A stretch of 64,000 bases of DNA from Deltaproteobacteria bacterium (lineage in GTDB: Bacteria; Desulfobacterota; Binatia; DP-6): positions 260 through 64,259 of the forward strand of contig VBKF01000111.1 of the NCBI GenBank assembly GCA_005888095.1, written 5' to 3'. Of the stretch, positions 35,966 through 44,494 are shown one piece after another. The translations under genes were made by a program, and so were the position numbers. Positions within the stretch are counted from its first letter, which is position 1; each line of letters starts with the position of its first letter. The notes below the pieces were generated by a model. It saw only the letters and a list, made by a program, of their open reading frames with translations. It was not told the DNA's origin and made no database searches.

Positions 35966-36913
35966 ATGACACGACATCCGATCCGCTTCGGCATCCAGAC
36001 CGCGCAGCAGGGCATCGAATGGGGCCAGATGCGCGACCTCTGGCAAAAGGCCGACGCGTGGGGCTACGACTCGCTCTGGGGCTTCGATCACTTCTATCCC
36101 GTCTTCGTCGACCCCGAGGGTCCCTGCTTCGAGGGCTGGACCGTGCTCTCCGCTCTCGCGCAGGCGACCAGTCGAGCCCGCATCGGGCTCCTCGTCTCCG
36201 GCAACTCGTACCGCCACCCGTGCGTGACGGCCAAGATGGCGGCGACGCTCGATCACGTGAGCGGCGGGCGGCTGAACCTCGGCATCGGCGCGGGATGGTT
36301 CGAGCTCGAGCACCGGAGCTTCGGCATCGAGTTCAAGAGCACCGCGGCGCGCCTGCAAGCGCTCGACGAGGCGTGCCGGATCATCCTCGGCATGCTCACC
36401 GAGAGCCGGACGACCGTCCACGGCAAGCACTACACGGTGAACGACGCGATCGGCCTCCCGAAGCCCGTGCAGCGGCCGCACCCGCCGCTCATGATCGGCG
36501 GCAAGGGCCGGCGGGTGCTGCTGCGCATCGTCGCCCGCTACGCCGACATGTGGAACATCGGCGCCGGCGCCGAGGAGATGCGGGATCTGATCGACGTCCT
36601 GCGCCGCCACGGGGACGCCGTGGGGCGCGACACCGACGCCATCGAGAAGACCGTCCTCCTCCCGCTCTGCTATCGCGCGGCGCCGCCGCGGGAGGAGTTC
36701 GTGTGCCGGCTCATGGCGTCGATGCGCCAGACGACGCCCGAGCTGGTCCGCCGCCAGATCATGATCGGCGACAAGCAGGAGTGTCTCGACACGGTTGCGC
36801 GCTACGTCGAGGCCGGCGTCACGCACTTCATCTTCATGGTCTTCGCGCCGTACTTCATGGACGAGATCCAGGGGTTCGCCGAGGAGGTCGTCCCCGCCGC
36901 GCGGCGCGCCTGA
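35966..36913 (+). CDS. LLM-class F420/flavin-dependent oxidoreductase
   Basis: 315-aa ORF with MTRHPIRFGIQTAQQG...GYDSLWGFDHF...GGRLNLGIGAGW, which is a luciferase-like fold. Confidence 0.85.
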   Translation: MTRHPIRFGIQTAQQGIEWGQMRDLWQKADAWGYDSLWGFDHFYPVFVDPEGPCFEGWTVLSALAQATSRARIGLLVSGNSYRHPCVTAKMAATLDHVSGGRLNLGIGAGWFELEHRSFGIEFKSTAARLQALDEACRIILGMLTESRTTVHGKHYTVNDAIGLPKPVQRPHPPLMIGGKGRRVLLRIVARYADMWNIGAGAEEMRDLIDVLRRHGDAVGRDTDAIEKTVLLPLCYRAAPPREEFVCRLMASMRQTTPELVRRQIMIGDKQECLDTVARYVEAGVTHFIFMVFAPYFMDEIQGFAEEVVPAARRA

Positions 36914-36919
36914 AGCGCG

Positions 36920-37825
36920 TCACGCCTCGCCGAGCAGCCGCGCCGCGTTTACGCCGAGCCACTTCTCCATCACCGCCGGCTTGACGGGCAGCGCCCGGAA
37001 CTCGGCGACGATCTCGGCCGGCGGCCGGCCGAGGAGGAACCACCCCGTGCCGAACAGCACCTTGTCCGCGATGGTCGTCTGACCGAAGCGGAGGAGCGGC
37101 TCCCATCCCGTCCCGGACTCGGCCAGGTACTTCGGGCGATGGGCGGCGAGCTCGAGGTAGACGTTCGGGTACTTCCAGGCGAGCAGCACGGCCTCGAGCA
37201 CCCACGGATAGCCCGCATGGCTCATCACGATCTTCAGCTCGGGAAAGTCCCGCGCGACGAGGTCGAGGTGGCGCGGATGGCCGAGGTCGTTGACGGCGGT
37301 CGTCGTCCAGTTGGCCGAGGTATGGATGCTGAGCGGGACGCCGAGCTCGACGCACTTCGCGTAGAACGGATAGCAGTGGCGGTCGTCCGCCGGGAGTCCG
37401 ATCATGAAAGGCCGGAGGCTGAGGCCGCGAAAGCCGCGCTCGCGCACCCAGGTCTCGAACTCGGCCACCGCGGTCTTGCCGCGCAGCACGTCGGCACCCG
37501 CGAACGGGATCACGCGGTCGGGGCGACGGGCGGCGAGCGTCGCGACGAGCTCGTTCGCGATGAACGTCTTGCCGCAGCTCGACCGCTCGTCGAAGCCCGT
37601 GATCAGCGTGCGCGCGATGCCCGCGGTGTCCAGCGCGGCGAGAACGTCCTCGAGGGGCGTGGCGATCGCCCCCGCCCGCGCGCGGAAGGCCTCCTGCGTT
37701 GGCTCCGTCTTGTAGAACACTCGCAGGTAGCCGAGCATCGCGTCGGGGAAGTTGTCGACCGTGTAGCGCATGACTTCCGGGACGGGGAGGATCGGCGCCC
37801 ACATGTCGATGACGGGGGCTGGCAT
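36920..37825 (-). CDS. Amidohydrolase-2 family (PF04909-type metal-dependent TIM-barrel hydrolase)
   Basis: 301-aa ORF. HTSANWTT...MSHAGYPW...LFGTGW shows the characteristic metal-ligand His/Asp pattern of ACMSD-like amidohydrolases. Confidence 0.8.
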   Translation of the reverse strand: MPAPVIDMWAPILPVPEVMRYTVDNFPDAMLGYLRVFYKTEPTQEAFRARAGAIATPLEDVLAALDTAGIARTLITGFDERSSCGKTFIANELVATLAARRPDRVIPFAGADVLRGKTAVAEFETWVRERGFRGLSLRPFMIGLPADDRHCYPFYAKCVELGVPLSIHTSANWTTTAVNDLGHPRHLDLVARDFPELKIVMSHAGYPWVLEAVLLAWKYPNVYLELAAHRPKYLAESGTGWEPLLRFGQTTIADKVLFGTGWFLLGRPPAEIVAEFRALPVKPAVMEKWLGVNAARLLGEA

Positions 37826-38032
37826 GCGACCCTCTTAGCCCGGCCGAAGCGGTCGGAGAAGTGGGCGGGCTGCCCCCGACGGGCGCGGTCGACATCCACG
37901 GGTGCGAGACCGTGGGTAATCCCCACGCTGCCTGCGGGAAGGTCCCGATTTACGCTGCTGCCTCACGCGCCGTAGGGTTCTCCTTGCCTGGATACCAAGC
38001 ACCCACCGTGCGGCAGTCCACATCGCAAGAAC

Positions 38033-39001
38033 ATGCGCGATGCGATGAAGGACCGGTCCGCCAAGCCAGGCAGTGGAGGGCCCCCCATGAAGATTGCACT
38101 CGGTTCCCGCCCGGCCGAGCGCCTGCGCAGCGCCGCGCCGCTCGTGGTCGCCGCGGTCCTCGGGTTGGCCGGCGCCGCGATGGCCGACGGCTTCAAGATC
38201 TCCGAGAAGCTGACCGCGACGCCGGCGGCCCCGGGGGCGCGCGGCCGTGCGGTGGTCGTCGTGCAAGACGCCGGCCGCACGGTGAGGGTGGCAGCGCGGG
38301 GTCTCCAGCGGAGCACCACCCATGACGTCATCCTGGACCGCGTCAAGATCGGCACGCTGACGACCTCAGGCCGCGGTAACGGCCGCGCCCGGTTCGCCTC
38401 GCGCCCGCACCTCCACGACCAGTACCTCGGCACGGATCCGCGCGGCAAAACGATCATCCTACGCCGCGCGGACGCGGCCGCCGTCCTGGTCGCCCACATC
38501 CCCGGCTCCGACGACCTCATCCGCTGCTGCCTGCCCGGGGACGAGGGCACGGAGTGCGAGCACCGGGCGGTGGACGAGTGTGCAGCACGAGGCGGCGTCG
38601 ACATGGGCGCCGGGTCCTGCCTGCCGAACCCGTGCAGCGGCTCGGCGCGAGGCGCGGGGGTGATCTGCTGCGTCCCCGACGACCGCGGTATGCAGTGCGA
38701 ATCCCGGACCGAAGCGGAGTGCGCCGCCAGGGGCGGCACCGCCGTGAGCCCGACCAGGTGCACGACCCACCCCTGTGCGCCGCTGCCGCCGGCCGGACCG
38801 GAGATCCAGTGCTGCATGCCCGAGAACGACGGCGGAGCGGAGTGCGAGATCCGAACGGCCGACGAGTGCGCGGCGCGAGGCGGCACGGACGCGGGCGCGG
38901 GGACCTGTGAGCCGGACCCGTGCGGCGGGTCCGGCGAAGGATCGGCCTCGGGTGACGACTCGGGAGGATCCGGCGGGTCCGGAGGTTCTGGCAGGCGTTG
39001 A
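38033..39001 (+). CDS. Secreted cysteine-rich repeat protein of unknown function. The probable true start is Met19 at 38087
   Basis: The signal peptide is MKIALGSRPAERLRSAAPLVVAAVLGLAGAAMA. Three roughly 40-aa repeats have a six-Cys pattern (IRCCLPGDEGTECEHRAVDECAARGGVDMGAGSCLPNPC, VICCVPDDRGMQCESRTEAECAARGGTAVSPTRCTTHPC, IQCCMPENDGGAECEIRTADECAARGGTDAGAGTCEPDPC). A Gly/Ser tail follows. Confidence 0.65.
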   Translation: MRDAMKDRSAKPGSGGPPMKIALGSRPAERLRSAAPLVVAAVLGLAGAAMADGFKISEKLTATPAAPGARGRAVVVVQDAGRTVRVAARGLQRSTTHDVILDRVKIGTLTTSGRGNGRARFASRPHLHDQYLGTDPRGKTIILRRADAAAVLVAHIPGSDDLIRCCLPGDEGTECEHRAVDECAARGGVDMGAGSCLPNPCSGSARGAGVICCVPDDRGMQCESRTEAECAARGGTAVSPTRCTTHPCAPLPPAGPEIQCCMPENDGGAECEIRTADECAARGGTDAGAGTCEPDPCGGSGEGSASGDDSGGSGGSGGSGRR

Positions 39002-39008
39002 GGAAGTC

Positions 39009-40451
39009 ATGGCGCGTCTCCCGCAGCGTCCCAGAGTCGTCATCGTCGGGGCCGGCTTCGGCGGCCTATCCGCGGCGCGAGGTCTCGCCCGCACGCCGGT
39101 CGACGTCACGCTGATCGATCGGCGCAACTTTCACCTGTTCCAGCCACTCCTGTACCAGGTCGCCACCGCCGGGCTCAATCCGTCCGACGTCGCCTGGCCG
39201 GTGCGCAGCATTCTGCGCCGCCAGGCAAACGTCCGCGTGCTGCTCGGCGAAGTGGCCGGCGTCGACGTGGCCGGCCGCGAAGTGCTGATCGATGACGGTC
39301 GCCGTCTGCCCTACGACTGGCTGGTGATCGCCACTGGCACAACGCACACCTATTTCGGCAACGACCAGTGGGCGGCGATCGCGCCGGGGCTCAAGCGCAT
39401 CGACGACGCGACGCTGATCCGCCGCCGCATCCTGATGGCCTTCGAGCGCGCCGAGAACGCCGAAGACGAAGCCGAGCGGAAGCGCCTGATGACGTTCGTG
39501 ATCGTCGGCGCTGGCCCGACGGGTGTCGAGCTTGCCGGCGCGATCGCCGAGCTGGCGCGCAAGGCGCTGGCCGCCGATTTCCGCGCGATCGACCCACGCA
39601 AGGCGCGCATCGTACTGATCGAAGGCGCCGACCGCGTGCTCGGCACGTTTCCGCCGGAGCTTTCGGGGTTCGCGAAAGCGGCGCTGGAGCGCATGGGCGT
39701 CGAAGTCCGGCTCGGCAGGAGACTCACCGCCTGCGACGCCGGCGGCGTCATCGCGTCCGGCGAGCGGCTGCCGGCCGGCACGATCCTGTGGGCCGCAGGC
39801 GTCGCCGCCTCGCCAGCAGCGAAATGGCTCGGCGCGCCAGCCGATCGCGCCGGCCGGGTGCAGGTGCGGCCCGATCTCACCGTACCGCGGCATCCCGACG
39901 TCTTCGTCATCGGCGATACGGCCGCGCTGGTGCAGGACGGCAAGCCGCTGCCCGGGATCGCCCCGGCGGCGAAGCAGGGCGGCATCTACGCTGCCAAAGT
40001 GATCCGCGCCACGGTGCTCGGCCGTCCGAAACCGCCGCCGTTCCGCTACCGGCACTACGGTGCCTTGGCGACGATTGGCCGCAACTCCGCCGTGATCGAC
40101 TTCGGGCGCATACGCATGAAAGGGCGGCTGGCTTGGTGGATCTGGAGCATGACGCACATCTATTTCCTGATCGGCGGGCGCAACCGTCTGCTGGTCACGT
40201 TGCAGTGGTTGTTCGACTACATCACGTTCAGCCGCGGCGCGCGGTTGATCGCCGGCTCCGATCCCGCCTCAGAGCAGCGCTCCGCTCGGGGCAGCCACCG
40301 CTTCGCGGGCTGCAGTCCGGCCGCCAGCGGCGCTGGGGGCGCCCATGTCGATCACAGTCAGACATGGAGCACCGTGCCGGACGCCGCCCGCGGCACATCC
40401 CCGGTGCCGGGGTCTCTTCTCTCTTCCCCTCGAGAGCCATCGGCATACTGA
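39009..40451 (+). CDS. ndh: Type II NADH:quinone oxidoreductase (NDH-2) / FAD-dependent pyridine nucleotide-disulfide oxidoreductase
   Basis: Starts MARLPQRPRVVIVGAGFGGLSAARGL, preceded by GAGGA. Two Rossmann GxGxxG motifs are present (VIVGAGFGG and FVIVGAGPTGVELAG). It sits inside track ORF 38775..40451. Confidence 0.85.
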   Translation: MARLPQRPRVVIVGAGFGGLSAARGLARTPVDVTLIDRRNFHLFQPLLYQVATAGLNPSDVAWPVRSILRRQANVRVLLGEVAGVDVAGREVLIDDGRRLPYDWLVIATGTTHTYFGNDQWAAIAPGLKRIDDATLIRRRILMAFERAENAEDEAERKRLMTFVIVGAGPTGVELAGAIAELARKALAADFRAIDPRKARIVLIEGADRVLGTFPPELSGFAKAALERMGVEVRLGRRLTACDAGGVIASGERLPAGTILWAAGVAASPAAKWLGAPADRAGRVQVRPDLTVPRHPDVFVIGDTAALVQDGKPLPGIAPAAKQGGIYAAKVIRATVLGRPKPPPFRYRHYGALATIGRNSAVIDFGRIRMKGRLAWWIWSMTHIYFLIGGRNRLLVTLQWLFDYITFSRGARLIAGSDPASEQRSARGSHRFAGCSPAASGAGGAHVDHSQTWSTVPDAARGTSPVPGSLLSSPREPSAY

Positions 40452-40480
40452 GCTGTTAGGCTGCCCTGGTCTCTAGAGGA

Positions 40481-40498
40481 CTGCCGCCGCTGCGGCAG
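40481..40498 (+). terminator. Candidate terminator hairpin after the ndh gene
   Basis: CTGCCGC-CGCT-GCGGCAG forms a 7-bp perfect stem 30 nt after the stop. A T-rich stretch GTTCTTTTG lies about 25 nt further downstream. Confidence 0.3.
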
Positions 40499-40699
40499 CC
40501 AGCCCTGCCGCTCGCATCTGTCGGTTCTTTTGATCGCCCTCACTCGTGCTGTGTGTTTTCCCGGGGGAAGCCCAGGGCGCGGTACAGGTAATTCCCGATT
40601 TACGGTCATTCTCGGCGCATTCTATGGAGACTGCCTATGGAAACCGCACAGCTTGCGCTCAAGCATCACAGTGCAGGGGCCGGCAGGAAAGGTAACGCC

Positions 40700-43600
40700 A
40701 TGAGCAGTATGACGCTGAAGCGATTCGTTGCCCCGTCCGTTGCATCACTCGCGATCGTCTTCCTGCTCGGAGCCGGCACGGCGGGTGCGGAGGTGCCGCT
40801 CGGCGCCCTCGGCACCGTGCCGGTCCCGAAGCCCGACCTCACCGGCTTCGTGCGCGACGAGGCGGCCGCGGTCGCGCTCGGCAAGGCACTCTTCTGGGAC
40901 ATGCAGCTCGGCAGCGACGGCGTCCAGTCCTGCGGTGCCTGCCACTTCCACGGCGGCGCCGACAACCGGCTGAAGAACCAGGTCAACCCCGGCACCATCC
41001 ATGCCGCGACGACGTTCGAGGTCGCCAAGCCGAACGCCACCCTGACGGCGGCCAACTTCCCGCTGCACAAGCTGGCGAACCCGGAGGACCGGTTCTCCAG
41101 GGTGCTCTTCGACGCCGACGACGTGATCTCCTCGCAGAGCGTCACCCTGGCGAAGTTCAACGACATCATCCCCGGCCAGGCCGAGGAGAACTGCACGGTC
41201 ACGCCCGATCCGATCTTCAACGTGGGCGGCGTGAACGTCCGCCGCGTCCAGCCGCGCAACGTGCCGACGATGATCAACGCGATCTTCACCTTCCGGAACT
41301 TCTGGGATGGGCGCGGCAATGCCATCTTCAACGGCGTCGACGGCACCGGGCCGAGGAACCCGAACGCCCGCGTGCTCCAGGTGCAGGCGGATGGGAGCGT
41401 CGTGCCGGTTGCGGTCGCGATCTCTCCCGCGAGCCTCGCCTCGCAGGCGGTCCCCGTGCTCGGGAGCAACTTCGCCCTGGCCTGCACCGGCCGGACGGTC
41501 AACAAGGTCGGCAAGAAGATGCTGAGCCTCACGCCACTCGCCAAGCAGTGGGTCGATCCCACCGACAGCGTGCTCGGCCCGCTCGCCAAGAGCCGCACGA
41601 CGCCCGGCGCGCGCGGCCTGACGCAGTCGTATGTGACGCTGGTCCAGACGGCCTTCGACCCCAAGTGGTGGAACTCGGACAAGGTCGTGACGTTCCCGGG
41701 GGGCGTCCGCACCATCTCCGCTCCCACCGGCGCGCCGCTCACCACCAGCGAGTTCACGGTGATGGAGCAGAACTTCTCGCTCTTCTTCGGGCTGGCGATC
41801 CAGCTCTACGAGGCCACCCTCGTCTCCGACGACAGCCTCTTCGATCGCGTCCAGCTGGGGCGCGCCACCCTGACCGCGGCGCAGGACGACGGGCTCACCA
41901 CCTTCAAAGGGAGCTGTGAGGGCACCCAGTGCCACTCGGGCCCGACGTTCACCTCGGCGAGCACGAACAACTTCGGCGCCGGCGTGGAGCCGATCGAGCA
42001 GCGGCAGACGGCGGCCGGGGCGAACGCCTTCCACGACGGCGGCTTCTTCAACATCGGCGTGCGGCCGACCGCCGAGGATCTCGGCGTGGGCGGCGCGAAC
42101 CCCGCCGGTGTCCCGCTCTCCTTCGCCCGGCGTGATTTCCTCGGGCTCGGCATCCCGGAGATCGCGGCCATCCAGAATCCGCTGCCACCGATCGGCCCGG
42201 CCGACGTGCTCGCCGTCGACGGCGCGTTCAAGGCGCCGTCCCTCCGCAACGTCGAGCTGAGCGCTCCCTACATGCACAACGGCGGCATGCTCACCCTCGA
42301 CCAGGTGGTGGAGTTCTACACCCGGGGCGGCGATTTCCACGAGGCCAACGCTGCCAACGCCGACGCCGCCGTCGACGGCGTCGGCCGCCTCGTCGGGAAG
42401 CCGGATCGCAGGGCGAACGTCGTCGCCTTCCTGAAGACGCTGACCGACGACCGGGTACGCTTCGAGAGCGCGCCCTTCGACCACCCGCAGCTCTTCATCC
42501 CGAACGGCCACCCCGGCGACGCCGCGGCCGTCGTCAACGACGGGACGGGCAAGGCCACCGACGCGCTGGTGGAAGTGCCCGCGTCGGGCGCCGCCGGCTC
42601 CTGTGTCGGCGTCGACGGGACGCCGCACTTCGCCTGCCCCGTGTGCGGCGACAAGAAGGTGAACCAGGCGAGCGAGCAGTGCGACGGGGCCGACAGCGCG
42701 CGCTGCCCCGGCCGCTGCCGCGCCGACTGCACCTGCCCCGCGGCGCCAACCCCCCCGGCCCCACGCTGCGGCGACGACCTCATCAACCAGGCGAGCGAGG
42801 AGTGCGACGGCGCCGCTGATGCCGCGTGCACCGGCCGGTGCCGTGTCGACTGCACCTGCGCCCCGGCGCCACCCTCCCCGGCGCCACGCTGCGGCGACAA
42901 CGCCATCAACCAGCCGAGCGAGCAGTGCGACGGGACCGACAGCGCCCGCTGCCCCGGCGCCTGCCGGGCGGACTGCACCTGTCCGCCGCCGCCCCCGTCG
43001 CCCTCGGGGGCTCCCGTCGGGACCGTCGAGGCGGATACTCTCGTGAACAAGGCGAGTCCCGCCAAGAACAACGGGACGAGCGCCCGCCTCGAGGTCGACG
43101 CCAGCCCGGCCAAGCACGCGTTCTTCCGCGTCCGTGTGAGCGGCGTCGGAGCACGCCAGGTCACGTCGGCGCGTCTGCGGCTGCAAGTGTCGAACGTGCC
43201 GAATTCCCAGAGCGTCGCGGGTGGGCGCATCCACGCGATCACCGGCTGCGCGTGGGACGAGCGTACCGTGACCGCGAAGACGCAGCCCGCGATCGACGGG
43301 CCGGTGCTCGCCACCGTGGGCGCCGTGGCCCGCGGCCAGGTGGTCGACTTCGACGTGACCAGCGCCATTCAAGGCGACGGCGTGTACTGCTTCGCGCTCG
43401 ACAGTCTCTCTTCCGACTGCGTGCGCTACAACTCTCGCGAGGCGGCGGCGGGCAAGCCAGAGCTCATCATCGGCGTGGGGGGGCAGGCACCGGGGACGAG
43501 CACTCCCCCGCCCCCGACGACCACCCCCCCACCCGCCGCGGCGCCGGTCGGCACGGTCGTGGCCGACACCTCGGTCCAGAACGACCTCCCGACGACCAAT

Positions 43601-44041
43601 TTCGGCGGCAAGGCGCTGCTGTCGGTGGACGGCGGGGGCGCGACGGGCTCGGGGGGCGTACAGCGCACCCTCCTCCGCGTCAGCGTGAGCGGCGTCGGCG
43701 CGCGCCTCGTCACCGGCGCTCACCTGAAGCTCCAGGTGGCGAACGTGACGAATGCGGGGAGCGTGAGGGGTGGCAGCATCCACGCGCTCACCAGCTGCGC
43801 CTGGGACGAGAAGACCGTCACCTGGGCCACGCAGCCGGCGATCGACGGGCCGGCGCTGGCGACGCTCGGGGCGGTGGCCGCGGGTCAGGTCGTGGACTTC
43901 GACGTCAGCGCGGCCGTCCACGGCGACGGCGTCTACTGTTTCGCCATCGACACGAGCTCCACCGACGGCGTGGACTACAACGCCCGCGAGGGGACCGGGC
44001 AGCATCCCGCCCTCGTGGTCCAGGTCGCGGCTGTCCCCTAG
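40700..44041 (+). CDS. Secreted cytochrome-c-peroxidase-like di-haem protein fused to three Myxococcales cysteine-rich repeats and two CBM-like beta-sandwich domains
   Basis: The signal-peptide Met is at 40700 (MSSMTLKRFVAPSVASLAIVFLLGAGTAGA). The first haem motif is CGACHFHGG. The CCP/MauG-family region is FKAPSLRNVELSAPYMHNGGMLTLDQVVEFY. The second haem site is atypical, CEGTQCH. There are three CGD..N(Q)(A/P)SE(Q/E)CDG....C.G.C..DCTC repeats and two roughly 150-aa repeats containing TVTWATQPAIDG and DGVYCFA. Confidence 0.8.
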   Translation: MSSMTLKRFVAPSVASLAIVFLLGAGTAGAEVPLGALGTVPVPKPDLTGFVRDEAAAVALGKALFWDMQLGSDGVQSCGACHFHGGADNRLKNQVNPGTIHAATTFEVAKPNATLTAANFPLHKLANPEDRFSRVLFDADDVISSQSVTLAKFNDIIPGQAEENCTVTPDPIFNVGGVNVRRVQPRNVPTMINAIFTFRNFWDGRGNAIFNGVDGTGPRNPNARVLQVQADGSVVPVAVAISPASLASQAVPVLGSNFALACTGRTVNKVGKKMLSLTPLAKQWVDPTDSVLGPLAKSRTTPGARGLTQSYVTLVQTAFDPKWWNSDKVVTFPGGVRTISAPTGAPLTTSEFTVMEQNFSLFFGLAIQLYEATLVSDDSLFDRVQLGRATLTAAQDDGLTTFKGSCEGTQCHSGPTFTSASTNNFGAGVEPIEQRQTAAGANAFHDGGFFNIGVRPTAEDLGVGGANPAGVPLSFARRDFLGLGIPEIAAIQNPLPPIGPADVLAVDGAFKAPSLRNVELSAPYMHNGGMLTLDQVVEFYTRGGDFHEANAANADAAVDGVGRLVGKPDRRANVVAFLKTLTDDRVRFESAPFDHPQLFIPNGHPGDAAAVVNDGTGKATDALVEVPASGAAGSCVGVDGTPHFACPVCGDKKVNQASEQCDGADSARCPGRCRADCTCPAAPTPPAPRCGDDLINQASEECDGAADAACTGRCRVDCTCAPAPPSPAPRCGDNAINQPSEQCDGTDSARCPGACRADCTCPPPPPSPSGAPVGTVEADTLVNKASPAKNNGTSARLEVDASPAKHAFFRVRVSGVGARQVTSARLRLQVSNVPNSQSVAGGRIHAITGCAWDERTVTAKTQPAIDGPVLATVGAVARGQVVDFDVTSAIQGDGVYCFALDSLSSDCVRYNSREAAAGKPELIIGVGGQAPGTSTPPPPTTTPPPAAAPVGTVVADTSVQNDLPTTNFGGKALLSVDGGGATGSGGVQRTLLRVSVSGVGARLVTGAHLKLQVANVTNAGSVRGGSIHALTSCAWDEKTVTWATQPAIDGPALATLGAVAAGQVVDFDVSAAVHGDGVYCFAIDTSSTDGVDYNAREGTGQHPALVVQVAAVP

Positions 44042-44094
44042 CTGCGGGATGACGGTCCGGCGGAGCGGGACCTGAAGAGCTGGAGCGCGCGGGC

Positions 44095-44494
44095 TCAGTT
44101 GCCCTTGGCGGTGTAACGGTCGCTGCGGTTGCGCACGATGAAGTCGTGCGCGGCACCCCAGCAGGCACCCGTCCCGTCGCTCCGGCGGAGCTGCACGGCG
44201 ACCCCCAAGGACAGGGGCAATGCCGGCAGCCGGAGATTCGGGCCCTCGCCGCGCACGACGATGCGTGCCCGTCCCGCGTTGCCGCCCTTCAGGACCGCGC
44301 TCGCGAGGCCGTCGGGCTTGCGGCGCGGGCTATGGAAGGTGAAGCCCTTGGGGGTGGCGTGCCACGACGTCATCCATGGCGTCGGCCCGGACGGAAAGCG
44401 CCGCGCCCGAACCACCACCGCTCCCCGTGATGCGGGTCTGCCACCCCGAGGCGACACTCGGCAACAACACGAGGACGCCGAGCAGAAGCCGCAT
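44095..44494 (-). pseudogene. Small secreted protein gene that appears to be frameshifted (or to contain a sequencing error)
   Basis: An ATG lies immediately after the amidohydrolase stop (TAGATG). It encodes the signal peptide MRLLLGVLVLLPSVASG, and that frame stops after 54 codons. The rest of a protein-like sequence (...KGFTFHSPRRKPDGLASAVLKGGNAGRARIVVRGEG...DFIVRNRSDRYTAKGN) continues in the +1 frame (track ORF 44095..44583) through a G-rich run. Confidence 0.3.
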
